Source of the DNA: Thermoproteota archaeon
GTDB lineage: Archaea > Thermoproteota > Thermoprotei > Thermoproteales > Thermocladiaceae
Reading direction: 5' to 3'
Length of the DNA: 58,186 nt
Assembly: GCA_013154355.1 (NCBI GenBank)
Contig: JAADCU010000114.1
Span: 1 to 58,186, forward strand
The notes under the pieces were generated by a model, which was not told the origin of the DNA, ran no database searches, and saw only the letters and a program-made list of their open reading frames with translations. Below are positions 37,601 to 47,035 of this stretch, in pieces; the first letter of the stretch is position 1; every line of letters starts with the position of its first letter. Both the position numbers and the translations under genes were made by a program.

Positions 37601-38587
37601 CTATATAAGCAGGCACTCACAAGAGTTCTCTATAATACTTCTAGGAGCATTAAAGAACCTGAGAACAAGCCTCATCTGTCTTCTACTAAATATCAGTATC
37701 TTATTATCACCAAGATATGAACTACATGCTTGAGATAATGGACAGGTTATTAGACCCTTAACAGGACAATAATCATCTCTTGCCTTAACATCATCATTAA
37801 ATATGCAGAACCTTCTACCAATCATCGATAAATATATTGATAACGCTATCTGACTCATATTTAACGAGTCTCTTAACATTCCAAAAACATCTATACACTT
37901 TCTTCTCAAGACATCCCAGATAGTTTTAAAAGGTTCTTCAGGAGCTAACTTTGCACATACCGGCAATATTCTAACAATGTACTTGCTCTCTCCAGCATAT
38001 CTATTCAATACTTCTTTCACAGGTACTATAATACCCGTTCTTAGAAACACCTTAACTATGTGAATATCTATGTGAGGAGGAACCTTCTCTATTGATGCAA
38101 GCTCTAGCTCTGTACCTCTAAGTAATCTATCAAGAACATATATAAACATCTGTGAGATCCTATCCTTTAATCCTATCCTCCTAACTTCATCGAATATCTT
38201 TACACAGTTACGAGATGTTATAAGGACATCACTCACCTTCTTTGCATCATCCTTAATCTTCTCTCTATCTTTAACAGATAGTTTTGTACTTAGTTCAGAC
38301 TTTATGTTATCTAGAGTAATAGTATGCTCTTCTATGTCCGAAACTTTATTTATGATATAGAATAGTTCTAACATGTGATAGATTAGCTCTCTCACCCCTC
38401 TACGTATAATTTCTCGTACTTCTTCTTTAAAACTATCAATTATTGATTTAATTAGTCTAGCCTCGTTTGAAAATGGTAATAAAACTTCAAATATAAGCTT
38501 ATCTTCACTATCTGCTACATCCCTCCTAATTACTTCACATAGTTTACCTATCTTGTCTTCATCTATCTTGAACGCGTTTATCAGCAT
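37601..38587 (-). CDS. hypothetical protein (weak HhH-GPD / Fe-S-loop glycosylase-like features)
   Basis: IDIHIVKVFLRTGI resembles the VDTHV.RV..RLG helix of EndoIII-like enzymes, and there is a C-terminal Cys cluster CPVKGLITCPLSQAC. Otherwise unrecognised. Confidence 0.3.
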   Translation of the reverse strand: MLINAFKIDEDKIGKLCEVIRRDVADSEDKLIFEVLLPFSNEARLIKSIIDSFKEEVREIIRRGVRELIYHMLELFYIINKVSDIEEHTITLDNIKSELSTKLSVKDREKIKDDAKKVSDVLITSRNCVKIFDEVRRIGLKDRISQMFIYVLDRLLRGTELELASIEKVPPHIDIHIVKVFLRTGIIVPVKEVLNRYAGESKYIVRILPVCAKLAPEEPFKTIWDVLRRKCIDVFGMLRDSLNMSQIALSIYLSMIGRRFCIFNDDVKARDDYCPVKGLITCPLSQACSSYLGDNKILIFSRRQMRLVLRFFNAPRSIIENSCECLLI

Positions 38588-38632
38588 AGTATCAACGTAC
38601 GGTAAATAAGTTAGTTACTTATAATCTCTAGC

Positions 38633-38902
38633 ATGTGTTGGGCTGTTCCTGGAATCGTAGTTGAAATTGATAGAGAGAACAATATTGCGACTGTAGACTT
38701 TGGAGGTGTGCAGAGACAGGTCATTATTGCAGTAGAGGATATCAATGTTGGAGATATCGTTCTAGTGCACGCTGGCTTAATAATATCTAAGCTAGATGAG
38801 AAAGAGCTTGAGGAGTATAAGAAGCTCATTGAAGAGTTCGAGAAAGCTATTGAATCTCAAGAAGAGCATATGCATCAAGAGTATTTAGTCGAAAGCTCCT
38901 GA
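38633..38902 (+). CDS. hypC: [NiFe]-hydrogenase maturation chaperone HypC
   Basis: N-terminal MCWAVPG (compare MCLAIPG), plus VDFGGV and LVHAG. Confidence 0.8.
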   Translation: MCWAVPGIVVEIDRENNIATVDFGGVQRQVIIAVEDINVGDIVLVHAGLIISKLDEKELEEYKKLIEEFEKAIESQEEHMHQEYLVESS

Positions 38903-39044
38903 TAGAGTTACAGTCGATTACTGCTGCCTCTCTTAGAGATGTATCTCTTAGAACTAGCTTTCCATTCCTGTACTCTATCATCACTATGTCTTTAATGATA
39001 TCCTCCTTACCGTCTCTCACTATTCTGACAGTTAAGATACACAT
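38847..39044 (-). CDS. cooT: CooT-like small nickel-binding protein
   Basis: 65 aa beginning with MC and rich in beta-strand. It lies immediately downstream of, and overlaps, the cooC-like gene. It has a 56-nt convergent overlap with hypC. Confidence 0.45.
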   Translation of the reverse strand: MCILTVRIVRDGKEDIIKDIVMIEYRNGKLVLRDTSLREAAVIDCNSIRSFRLNTLDAYALLEIQ

Positions 39045-39829
39045 CTGCTAGCTACCTCACTAAGCATCTTATCTACAAGCTTCTTAATGTTTTCATAGGC
39101 TATAGAGCTCTCAAGTTTTGACCCTAGTAGACATGATTGAAATATCTTCTCATCATATGGTATCACTATGTCTGGTGTAAGTCCCTCCTTCTGAAATAGC
39201 TCTCTGACAGTATTTTCAATTTCTTTAGGAACCTTGTTAACTACTATGTAGAATCTTCTTCCTAATCTGTCAGCTACCTTCTTAAGGTTCTTCGCAATGT
39301 TGATGCTCTCTCTAGTAGGATCAGCTACTGCTATGATAGCATCGGCATATTCTTCAACTCCTCTACCGACATGTTCTACTCCAGCATCCGTATCAACTAT
39401 GATTACCTCTCTGTCATCAAGTTTAAGATTCTTCAGAAGAGTCCTGGTAAATATGTTGAGTGGACATGCACATCCCTCTCCTAGCTCTCGTATCTTTCCA
39501 ACAACTAGAATTCCTATACCATCATCAGTATACGTGATGTATGGTCTCTCGATCTCGGATATCTTGAACGTTCTCTTAGATATCTCTCCTATAGCTTTAA
39601 CAAGTCTGTCCTCGCCATCTCTTAGAGCCTGCATTACGCCTCTTCTACCACCAAAATAGTCTGCTAATGTTCTAGGTTTCTCTGCTCCTGCTAAGATCGG
39701 TAGAAGCTCGTTAGATTCATCCATGTCAACTATGTATGGTCTATATCCCTTCTCTCTTAATGCACGTGCAAGAAGTATGCTGATGACAGTCTTTCCTGAG
39801 CCTCCTTTACCACATACCATTAGTCTCAT
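39032..39829 (-). CDS. cooC: CooC-family nickel-insertion ATPase (MinD/ParA fold)
   Basis: Deviant Walker A CGKGGSGKT and the metal-binding CxC motif GEGCACPLN. Confidence 0.7.
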   Translation of the reverse strand: MRLMVCGKGGSGKTVISILLARALREKGYRPYIVDMDESNELLPILAGAEKPRTLADYFGGRRGVMQALRDGEDRLVKAIGEISKRTFKISEIERPYITYTDDGIGILVVGKIRELGEGCACPLNIFTRTLLKNLKLDDREVIIVDTDAGVEHVGRGVEEYADAIIAVADPTRESINIAKNLKKVADRLGRRFYIVVNKVPKEIENTVRELFQKEGLTPDIVIPYDEKIFQSCLLGSKLESSIAYENIKKLVDKMLSEVASRCVS

Positions 39830-39869
39830 AAATGTTGAGTAATGATATTGGTTAAAAAGTATTTAAAGA

Positions 39870-39887
39870 TTCTTCACTATTGAAGAA
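39870..39887 (-). terminator. hairpin plus T-runs immediately downstream of gap
   Basis: 7-bp stem TTCTTCA / TGAAGAA with a 4-nt loop, starting 6 nt after the gap stop. On the minus strand it is followed by TCTTT and CTTTTT. Confidence 0.3.
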
Positions 39888-39892
39888 CGTTT

Positions 39893-40939
39893 TTAGAATC
39901 TGTACTTCTTGCCCTCTGTTACTAGTCCTAGAGTCCTATCTGTTCTCTCTATTGATGTCCACTTATCTGCAAGCTTGAACATTGCTCTCAGAGCATCGAT
40001 GTTCTCTGGGATGACTATGCTCTCCTGGTGAATACCCATCATCAGATATACTTCTCTACCATCAATAACTGTTACAGATCCTTCAAATATGCAGTTCTCC
40101 ATCACATCGTTTCTATATCTTCCCATGTCTCTAGCCCACTCTATTATGTGTGCTAGACTATCCATTCTCTTTCCATGTGGTACAAGCATTATTCGAGGAG
40201 TCTCTGAAAGTATTCTGATAACATCTTCTCTACTTACCTGACTCTCGAGCTCTATGTTTACCATGTGCATATGCATTATTGTTACAGGTACTGCAACAGC
40301 CATTGTTACTATATCTATCTCAGGTATGACTGTTCTAACATCGGGTCCATGATGGCTTGGTATGGTCACAGGATCTGGTACAACATCGTTTATAGGTCCT
40401 CTCTTATGTTCTTTAGGATCTGCTCCTCTCCTGACTAAGCATACTCTGACCCTCCTTATCTTTAGACCATGGAGTAGAAACGCTGAGAGAAGTCTACAGA
40501 GACCAGTAGTGTTACAGCTTACTACTCTAACATATCTTGCACCTACTGCCTTATCATAGTTTGCTAGCGAGCTGAAGCTTACGTCTACTATATCTGCCTT
40601 CTCTCCACCTTGAAATATTGCTGGCTTATTCTTGGGAAGATAGTACTTCTCCTTCATCTCTTTACCAACTTTTGCAGGTGTTGCATCAACTATGACGTCG
40701 GCTTTCTCTACTAGCTCATCCACGGTTCCTGCTACAGGTATTCCAAGCTTCTCGAAATCTTTCAATTTCTCCTGGTACGTGTAGACCTTGTACCCCTTTC
40801 TCACAGCGATCTCAGCCTCATAGTCTGGAGTAGTCTTAGCAACACCAACAAGCTCGAACTCGTCAGGAAACTTCACAATTGCGTCAGCTATCCTCTTCCC
40901 AATAGTTCCATACCCAACTACTCCTACCTTGATCGGCAT
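39893..40939 (-). CDS. gap: glyceraldehyde-3-phosphate dehydrogenase (archaeal type)
   Basis: Motifs [20 protein letters not shown] and IPSHHGPDV. Confidence 0.9.
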   Translation of the reverse strand: MPIKVGVVGYGTIGKRIADAIVKFPDEFELVGVAKTTPDYEAEIAVRKGYKVYTYQEKLKDFEKLGIPVAGTVDELVEKADVIVDATPAKVGKEMKEKYYLPKNKPAIFQGGEKADIVDVSFSSLANYDKAVGARYVRVVSCNTTGLCRLLSAFLLHGLKIRRVRVCLVRRGADPKEHKRGPINDVVPDPVTIPSHHGPDVRTVIPEIDIVTMAVAVPVTIMHMHMVNIELESQVSREDVIRILSETPRIMLVPHGKRMDSLAHIIEWARDMGRYRNDVMENCIFEGSVTVIDGREVYLMMGIHQESIVIPENIDALRAMFKLADKWTSIERTDRTLGLVTEGKKYRF

Positions 40940-40954
40940 GACTATACCACCCTC

Positions 40955-42235
40955 CTAGTATTTTGCTGTTTTACCCGGCTCAACTGTTTTTGAGAAAAGC
41001 TCTCTCGATCTTGCTAAAGCTACAAGTCCTGGAAGCTCTTCTCCAGCCAACGTGTATAGGAATGCTCTTCCTCCTGTAGATACATGACTAATCTTCTCTA
41101 GAAGACCAAGCTTTCTAGCAATCATCACCGTATGTCCTCCACCGATTGCCGTGAACTTACATCTCTCTATCATTGTCATAAGTATCTCAACTGTTCCTTT
41201 AGCAAACTCCTCGTTCTCTATCCATCCTACAGGTCCTGTCATGATCACGTTATCGTACTGTGATACAAGACTCTTATAGAGGTCAAGCGTTTTTGGACCT
41301 ATATCAACTATCTCGTCACTAACATTATTGATATCTACGATACGTGAGGTCCCATCTTTCCTTAGAACAACATGGTCTAGTGGTGTCACTATTCTATCAG
41401 AGTACTTATCGAGAAGCTTTCTAGCAGTCTCCACCTGTTCCTGAAGCTTCTTGTTCTCTATGAACTCCTTGATCCATCCAGAAGCTCCATGTTTAGCGGC
41501 AGTGAACACAGTACTGACAAGACCACCTGTAACTATCTTATCAGCTATGTTTCTCTCCAATATCTTAGCAATCACCTTCACGGTATCAGGAATTTTTGAA
41601 CCCCCAGCAATTATGAGAGTGCTTCGAGGATCAGACTGTAGAACATGTTTGAGAGCATCAATCTCTTTCTGAAGAATTAGTCCCATACAGCTTGGAAGTC
41701 TACATGTAAACCCTACGATGCTAGCATGAGATCTATGAATAGCAGCAAAAGCATCAAGAATGAACTCATCGAAGAGATTAGATAGCTTTCTCACAAGAAA
41801 CGAGTTACTATGCTCTTCTGGACTTCTCTCAAGCGTCTCCTCACTGAGAAATCTCACGTTCTCGAGCATGAGTATCTCACCATTTTTGAGCTTCCTTATC
41901 TCTTCACGAGCTGCAGGACCAATTATGTCATCTATGAACTTGACCTCTTGACCAACATATCGTGACATGACCTTTGAGTGAGCTTCAAGTGATGAGAACT
42001 CCTTATCTCCAGGTCTTCCCTGGTGAGCTATTATGACTACTGCACAGTCGAGATCGACTAGCTTTCGTATAGTCTGAGCGTGTGCGTATATTCTGAAGTC
42101 GTCAAGTATCTGGCTCTTAGATTTGTCAAGTGGAACATTTATGTCTACTCTCACTAACACCTTCTTTCTCTCATGTTTTAGGTCCTCGAATCTAGGGACC
42201 TTAGATATGAGTTCGAGAAACTTCGCAACTTCCAC
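40955..42235 (-). CDS. pgk: phosphoglycerate kinase
   Basis: Motifs VRVDINVPL, AHQGRPG and STGGRAFL. GTG start. It lies 15 nt upstream of gap. Confidence 0.9.
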   Translation of the reverse strand: MEVAKFLELISKVPRFEDLKHERKKVLVRVDINVPLDKSKSQILDDFRIYAHAQTIRKLVDLDCAVVIIAHQGRPGDKEFSSLEAHSKVMSRYVGQEVKFIDDIIGPAAREEIRKLKNGEILMLENVRFLSEETLERSPEEHSNSFLVRKLSNLFDEFILDAFAAIHRSHASIVGFTCRLPSCMGLILQKEIDALKHVLQSDPRSTLIIAGGSKIPDTVKVIAKILERNIADKIVTGGLVSTVFTAAKHGASGWIKEFIENKKLQEQVETARKLLDKYSDRIVTPLDHVVLRKDGTSRIVDINNVSDEIVDIGPKTLDLYKSLVSQYDNVIMTGPVGWIENEEFAKGTVEILMTMIERCKFTAIGGGHTVMIARKLGLLEKISHVSTGGRAFLYTLAGEELPGLVALARSRELFSKTVEPGKTAKY

Positions 42236-42316
42236 ATGATATCTAGATTTAGGGAAAATATTTAAAAGTATTATTACACTACATTCCTCGCTCTATCTCA
42301 ATAGTAGACCATGTAA

Positions 42317-42349
42317 CCTATATAGATCCATGTCGCTCCTATATAGATC
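42317..42349. repeat. two direct copies of CCTATATAGATC spaced 21 nt apart
   Basis: Copies at 42317-42328 and 42338-42349. Each contains the palindrome CTATATAG. The site lies between the pheA stop and the pgk start. Confidence 0.6.
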
Positions 42350-42355
42350 ACGTGG

Positions 42356-43285
42356 TCAAGTACTGATACTCTGTAGCACGACATAGCTACCTAGAAGTCT
42401 CACATAGCTACACCTCTTCTCAAACTCTTGTAGAACATCCTCATCTATAGATCCCTCATACTCAAGATAGAAATAGTAGCTCCAGGGCATCTTTCTTAGA
42501 GGTCTAGAATATATCATTGTCAGATTTATTCCTCTCTTAGCAAAACATTCTAGAGCACTATATAGAGCTCCTGGAACATGCTTAACAGTGAATATTATTC
42601 CTGTTCTATCACCTTGTTTAAACATTACTCTCGATACTAGGATAAACCTAGTATAGCTCTCGAAGTCCTCGACATGTTCTAGAAGGATTTTCAATCCTCT
42701 CATTTTTGCGCCAAGCTTTGATGCAAGACATCCACATCTGCTACCTTCTTTAACAAGATCTAGAGATCTGGATGTAGACTCTGTGAAGATTATCTCTCTC
42801 ACATTTTTGAGTCTCCTATTAACAAAGAGTCTACACTGTGCAAGAGCGTAAGGCTGTGCATAGAGTATCTCTATGTCTTCTATTCTCTTGACATCGTTAC
42901 TCACAACTAGGCACATGTTTATTCTCTTCTCAACACAGAGATTAATGTACAGGTTCGAAAGAGTCTCTAAGGTATCGAGAGTCTCATGAACTATACCTTC
43001 AAGACTGTTCTCAAAAGGAACTATACCAAGCTCGACGTCTCCTCTACTAACAGCTCTCAAGACATCACTTATCCTATCATATGGTACATACGTGATCTGT
43101 TGCCCGAGAAGTTCAAGAGCTACCTCATGAGTGAAGGTACCTTCTGGTCCTAGATATCCTATTCTAACATCGCCAGATATGGAGAGAGGTAGAAGAGCCG
43201 ATAGGATGATTCTGCTCTCTTTACTAACTTTCTTAGCTAGGTCTGATAGTAGCCTTATAGCATCGATTATTGTTAGTCCTTCCAA
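42356..43285 (-). CDS. pheA: prephenate dehydratase with a C-terminal ACT domain
   Basis: Motifs IGYLGPEGTFTHE, ESYTRFILVS and HVPGALYSALECFAKRGINLTMIYSRP. The only available start is TTG. Confidence 0.8.
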   Translation of the reverse strand: MEGLTIIDAIRLLSDLAKKVSKESRIILSALLPLSISGDVRIGYLGPEGTFTHEVALELLGQQITYVPYDRISDVLRAVSRGDVELGIVPFENSLEGIVHETLDTLETLSNLYINLCVEKRINMCLVVSNDVKRIEDIEILYAQPYALAQCRLFVNRRLKNVREIIFTESTSRSLDLVKEGSRCGCLASKLGAKMRGLKILLEHVEDFESYTRFILVSRVMFKQGDRTGIIFTVKHVPGALYSALECFAKRGINLTMIYSRPLRKMPWSYYFYLEYEGSIDEDVLQEFEKRCSYVRLLGSYVVLQSIST

Positions 43286-43415
43286 TATCTTCTGAAGACT
43301 CTCTCTAACATCTCGTACATTTCTCTCTATCTGTCCAAGCTTGTCTACTATCTCCTTCAGAATTGGCTGTACATGCTCACCAATAGTATCATAGTACTGT
43401 CACCATATTAAGCTA

Positions 43416-44081
43416 TTACCGTCCTTCCCTTCTCACAACATAGTGAAGTACAACACAGTTACCACACTCACATATTATTACGTCTCTTAGCAAAATCCTT
43501 GGACATGTAGTAGTATCTAGATAACCATCACCATTAAAGACAGATACTCCACTCCCAAACACGTACGGTGTTACTGTTATATAGATCTCATCGACTAGTC
43601 CCTCCTTCAGAAGATTCATGTTTAAAGTACCACCTCCTTCAACAAGAAGTCTCTTCACATCATACTTATGGTACAGTATCTCTAGAGCTCTCTTAAGATT
43701 AACCCTATCTTCACCAACGATCTCAACCCTTACACCAAGCTTCTCAAGTTTCTCTATCTTTCCCCGGTCAGCTCTCTCTGAGGTAAAGACTATCGTTGGT
43801 ATCTCTCTCGCAGTTCTAAACAGTCTAAGATCCAGCCTACAGGATAATCTTCCATCAACTACGACCCTTATGGGCTGCCTATCCGCGGGAACGAGCCTCA
43901 CAGTTAGCATAGGATCATCAATCTGAGCAGTTCTTGCACCTATCATGACAGCATCAGAATCTGCTCTATGCCTGTGAAGCCTCTTGAGATCATGTTCACA
44001 GGATAGCCTAGAGAACCCTGTTAAGCTAGCTATTCTTCCATCTATCGTACATGCAGATACTATACGTACCCAAGGTCTCAT
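43416..44081 (-). CDS. 2,5-diamino-6-ribosylamino-4(3H)-pyrimidinone 5'-phosphate reductase (RibD C-terminal-type)
   Basis: Motifs MRPWVRIVSACTIDGRIA and LLVEGGGTLN. Confidence 0.7.
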   Translation of the reverse strand: MRPWVRIVSACTIDGRIASLTGFSRLSCEHDLKRLHRHRADSDAVMIGARTAQIDDPMLTVRLVPADRQPIRVVVDGRLSCRLDLRLFRTAREIPTIVFTSERADRGKIEKLEKLGVRVEIVGEDRVNLKRALEILYHKYDVKRLLVEGGGTLNMNLLKEGLVDEIYITVTPYVFGSGVSVFNGDGYLDTTTCPRILLRDVIICECGNCVVLHYVVRREGR

Positions 44082-44611
44082 CTTCTAAACTGTGCTAATA
44101 GTTTAAGTGCAGCAAGCTTATATAAGCCTACCGTTGGAATTGCTGTTAGACAGTTCCTGAAGTAGTTACCATAGACTACGAGCCCCCTATCAACGTTAAG
44201 TATGAGCAATATTGCAAGCACATCCTCTTCACCATCAACAACTACGAGAACGTTTCTTCCCTTTTTAACAAGTCTTGTAGCTGTCTCTATAGAATCAAAA
44301 CTTCTATCACTAATAGTGGAAGGCTCATTATGTAGTCTTATTATATCCTTAAACAGTACTGATACTGTCGAGAGAGTGTCTATCTTCTTTTCTCGAAGAG
44401 TCCTATTATCTATAATAGCAATATCAGGAACTCTCCAATACTTTATGACATTTAACGTCACTACATCACCTACAGTAGCTAGAACCTCTAGATCAAGTGA
44501 TTGAAAAACTACTCTAAGTTTCTTAATACTCTTTGGAACATCGTCAAATATGCAGATACCTATAGGCTCTCTCAGAAGTTTCACAGCTGAGCTCAACAAC
44601 CTGAAAGCCAC
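44078..44611 (-). CDS. DUF359 family protein, probable GTP-dependent dephospho-CoA kinase
   Basis: Motifs ATVGDVVT and PDIAIIDNRTLRE, conserved in the DUF359 family. There is a 4-nt overlap with the downstream gene. Confidence 0.6.
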   Translation of the reverse strand: MAFRLLSSAVKLLREPIGICIFDDVPKSIKKLRVVFQSLDLEVLATVGDVVTLNVIKYWRVPDIAIIDNRTLREKKIDTLSTVSVLFKDIIRLHNEPSTISDRSFDSIETATRLVKKGRNVLVVVDGEEDVLAILLILNVDRGLVVYGNYFRNCLTAIPTVGLYKLAALKLLAQFRR

Positions 44612-44652
44612 ATGTAACAGTATAACACTACTTAAATACTATTACTCTAGAT

Positions 44653-45609
44653 ATGAGTAGCAGAGCACTAATATACATAGATTATGGTCCTCTCAAGAGC
44701 GTAGTAACAGAAATAGAAAAATATCTAGAGCTGCTAGAGAAGGATCCTAAGATACTTATATCAACATTACCCTACATAATTAACATAGACATCGAGACCA
44801 GAAAGAACATCATATTGAAGCTCGCAGAGAAGTGGGCCACACTAACAGCATCAACAAGAATAGTAGAATCTACAGTATCTATAATATGTCAGTACATTAT
44901 GAGAACAATAGATGATAGAAAACTAATGTTAAACATAATAAAAGAGATCTCAAAAATAGAACAAATAGAGGATCTACTTATAATGAACATATTATTGAAA
45001 ATAGGAACAGAGAAAGCACTACCTGACCTGGACCTAGTAGCACTCTATGAAGATCCTCTGTCACTTGAGCAAGGACGTAGAATAGGTAGAATAGAAATAC
45101 CTAACATATTAGTAAGAAGAATAGCATCTCTTCAATATACTTCAAAAATAATGAAAACTATAAGAAAAATAGAACTAGAGTTCGTGCTCTGTAGAAAAAG
45201 AGTAAAGGAAAATAATATTGTTATAATTGATTGGAGATGCCTCGGAATATATCCCTATAATGGTCTCTCAATAAGTATAGACAGTAATGGTAATGAACTT
45301 GCAGAACCTGTCCTATGTGCATATCTTAGACATAGCGTTAATATAAGTACTATTTTAGACAATTTTAAGGATAGTAAGATCATAGTTATGCATTATAGGA
45401 TTCCTAGAACAATTGTTGATAAAGATGTTCTAGATATATTACAAGCTGTAGATAAAAGACTCTGTTTTCTCTGTTTACCATCTTCTCTAACTTCTAGAGA
45501 TCTAGATGTTGTATTATCTTTCTTGAAAAGTATTGGATTCAATATTTATAAGATTGTTAATGTTCCTGTTGATGTTCTCCTCGATATGTTTCACTTCTGT
45601 GACACTTGA
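44653..45609 (+). CDS. hypothetical protein
   Basis: 318-aa ORF. No motif recognised. Confidence 0.4.
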   Translation: MSSRALIYIDYGPLKSVVTEIEKYLELLEKDPKILISTLPYIINIDIETRKNIILKLAEKWATLTASTRIVESTVSIICQYIMRTIDDRKLMLNIIKEISKIEQIEDLLIMNILLKIGTEKALPDLDLVALYEDPLSLEQGRRIGRIEIPNILVRRIASLQYTSKIMKTIRKIELEFVLCRKRVKENNIVIIDWRCLGIYPYNGLSISIDSNGNELAEPVLCAYLRHSVNISTILDNFKDSKIIVMHYRIPRTIVDKDVLDILQAVDKRLCFLCLPSSLTSRDLDVVLSFLKSIGFNIYKIVNVPVDVLLDMFHFCDT

Positions 45610-45654
45610 CTTGATCTAATATAAATACCTCCTGAGTAGGATTATATCTAGAGG

Positions 45655-45951
45655 ATGAGTGGGAGAGTTCCGAAAGTTTCGGGAAGATATTTCACCTTCA
45701 TATCAACCGGATCCTACGTCATAGGGCTTGAAGATGATGAGATACTTATAGGAGATGACGCTATAAAGAGGATGATAGAACATGTTTCTGATAGATTTTT
45801 AGCAAGATGTTATGAGTGCGGCAGACTAATATCTCCAAGTTCTCTAGGTCTAGTTAAGGTAGTTGATGGAGAGGTAAAACTTGTCCTATGTAGAGATTGC
45901 GTAGTTAGAAACGTGAATGCTATTGGAAAGTTGATAGAAGAGTGTTGCTAG
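45655..45951 (+). CDS. small hypothetical protein with a CxxC...CxxC zinc-ribbon-like motif
   Basis: CYECG ... CRDC, in a 98-aa ORF. Confidence 0.4.
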   Translation: MSGRVPKVSGRYFTFISTGSYVIGLEDDEILIGDDAIKRMIEHVSDRFLARCYECGRLISPSSLGLVKVVDGEVKLVLCRDCVVRNVNAIGKLIEECC

Positions 45952-46388
45952 CTTCTTTTCTTAACATTTTTATGAGGTGGATAATATATCGATATTACGT
46001 CTATACCTATTCTTCGAAGAATCTTACTTAATTTTATATCATCTGTTATTACTGTTACTTTTCTACATCTTTTCTTAAGTCCTTCTGCACATACTATTAT
46101 TGATGCATCTGCTGGAGATAGTTCTCTATACTTTCTGATTACCTCTTCTATATCTTTCCTATCTATCTCTATTTTTTCAGGTCTCAATATGTCTATTATT
46201 GCGATTGCTCTTGGGTCTCTTAATTCTTCTAGAACGATATTTGTAACATATATTTTTTCGCCAAGCATCATTATTGTTGATGGGTCTCTTATGTGGAATA
46301 TTGCTGAAGAATCTAGAATTATACAGTTATCTAGAATTGTACTGTCTCCTCTCTTGTTCCTTCTCTCGTTATTATCAGTAGATCGCAT
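45948..46388 (-). CDS. PIN-domain nuclease-like protein
   Basis: IILDSSAIF, NIVLEELRD and ADASIIV...VITDD give the acidic residue pattern of a PIN domain. The 5' end overlaps the psmB 3' end by 58 nt. Confidence 0.5.
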   Translation of the reverse strand: MRSTDNNERRNKRGDSTILDNCIILDSSAIFHIRDPSTIMMLGEKIYVTNIVLEELRDPRAIAIIDILRPEKIEIDRKDIEEVIRKYRELSPADASIIVCAEGLKKRCRKVTVITDDIKLSKILRRIGIDVISIYYPPHKNVKKRS

Positions 46389-46930
46389 CCGTCACCCGAT
46401 ACTGGGTCTCTAGATACTGCTTGTCTAATAGCTTTAACTGCGAGCTCTTTTGCCTCTTTAACGGTCATGTCTTTCCTGTATTCGCTCTCTAGTATTCCAA
46501 TAGCTATCTTAGCTCCTGTACCTAGTGCTGTATAATCGTCTTCTATGAGTGATCCAGCTGGGTCTAGTACGTAGATGTGTGGTCCTTCGTCGTCTATGCC
46601 TCCTACAACGACTTCACATATGTATGGTATTAGTCTATGCTCGAAGAGGAGTATAGATAGTAGTTTTGCTACAGATTTTACGGCTGGTACTCTTCTTGTA
46701 CGTAGGTAGTATAGGTTCATGTCTGCTCTAACTATTCTAGCTATCGTCTGCATATCTGCTAGGACTCCCGCTGCAGCTATGCCTACTCTATCGTTAATCT
46801 TAAATATCTTTCTGCCAGATTTGCTAAGTAGGTAGAATCCATATGCTACTCTCCTCTCTGATGCTAAGACAACACCATCCTGTGCTCTTATGCCTACTGC
46901 AGTTCCTGAGAGAAGTTCGTAAAGCTCCAT
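46331..46930 (-). CDS. psmB: proteasome beta subunit
   Basis: Short propeptide, then the catalytic GTAVGIRAQDGVVLASERR. Confidence 0.85.
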   Translation of the reverse strand: MELYELLSGTAVGIRAQDGVVLASERRVAYGFYLLSKSGRKIFKINDRVGIAAAGVLADMQTIARIVRADMNLYYLRTRRVPAVKSVAKLLSILLFEHRLIPYICEVVVGGIDDEGPHIYVLDPAGSLIEDDYTALGTGAKIAIGILESEYRKDMTVKEAKELAVKAIRQAVSRDPVSGDGCDLLIITREGTREETVQF

Positions 46931-47035
46931 GTCTCTACGTCACGTGATGTCTAAAAAATAATCTTTACTCTAGAGATCTAGATGTTCTAATAGAGTTTTT
47001 AAACTAGGTAAAGAGTATCCTTGAGATGTAGACTG

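Noticed and set aside
43286-43399. Upstream extension of pheA as a chorismate mutase remnant
   Set aside because: It has helical, coiled-coil-like composition but no AroQ signature residues that I can recognise. Chorismate mutase is already fused to tyrA in this window.
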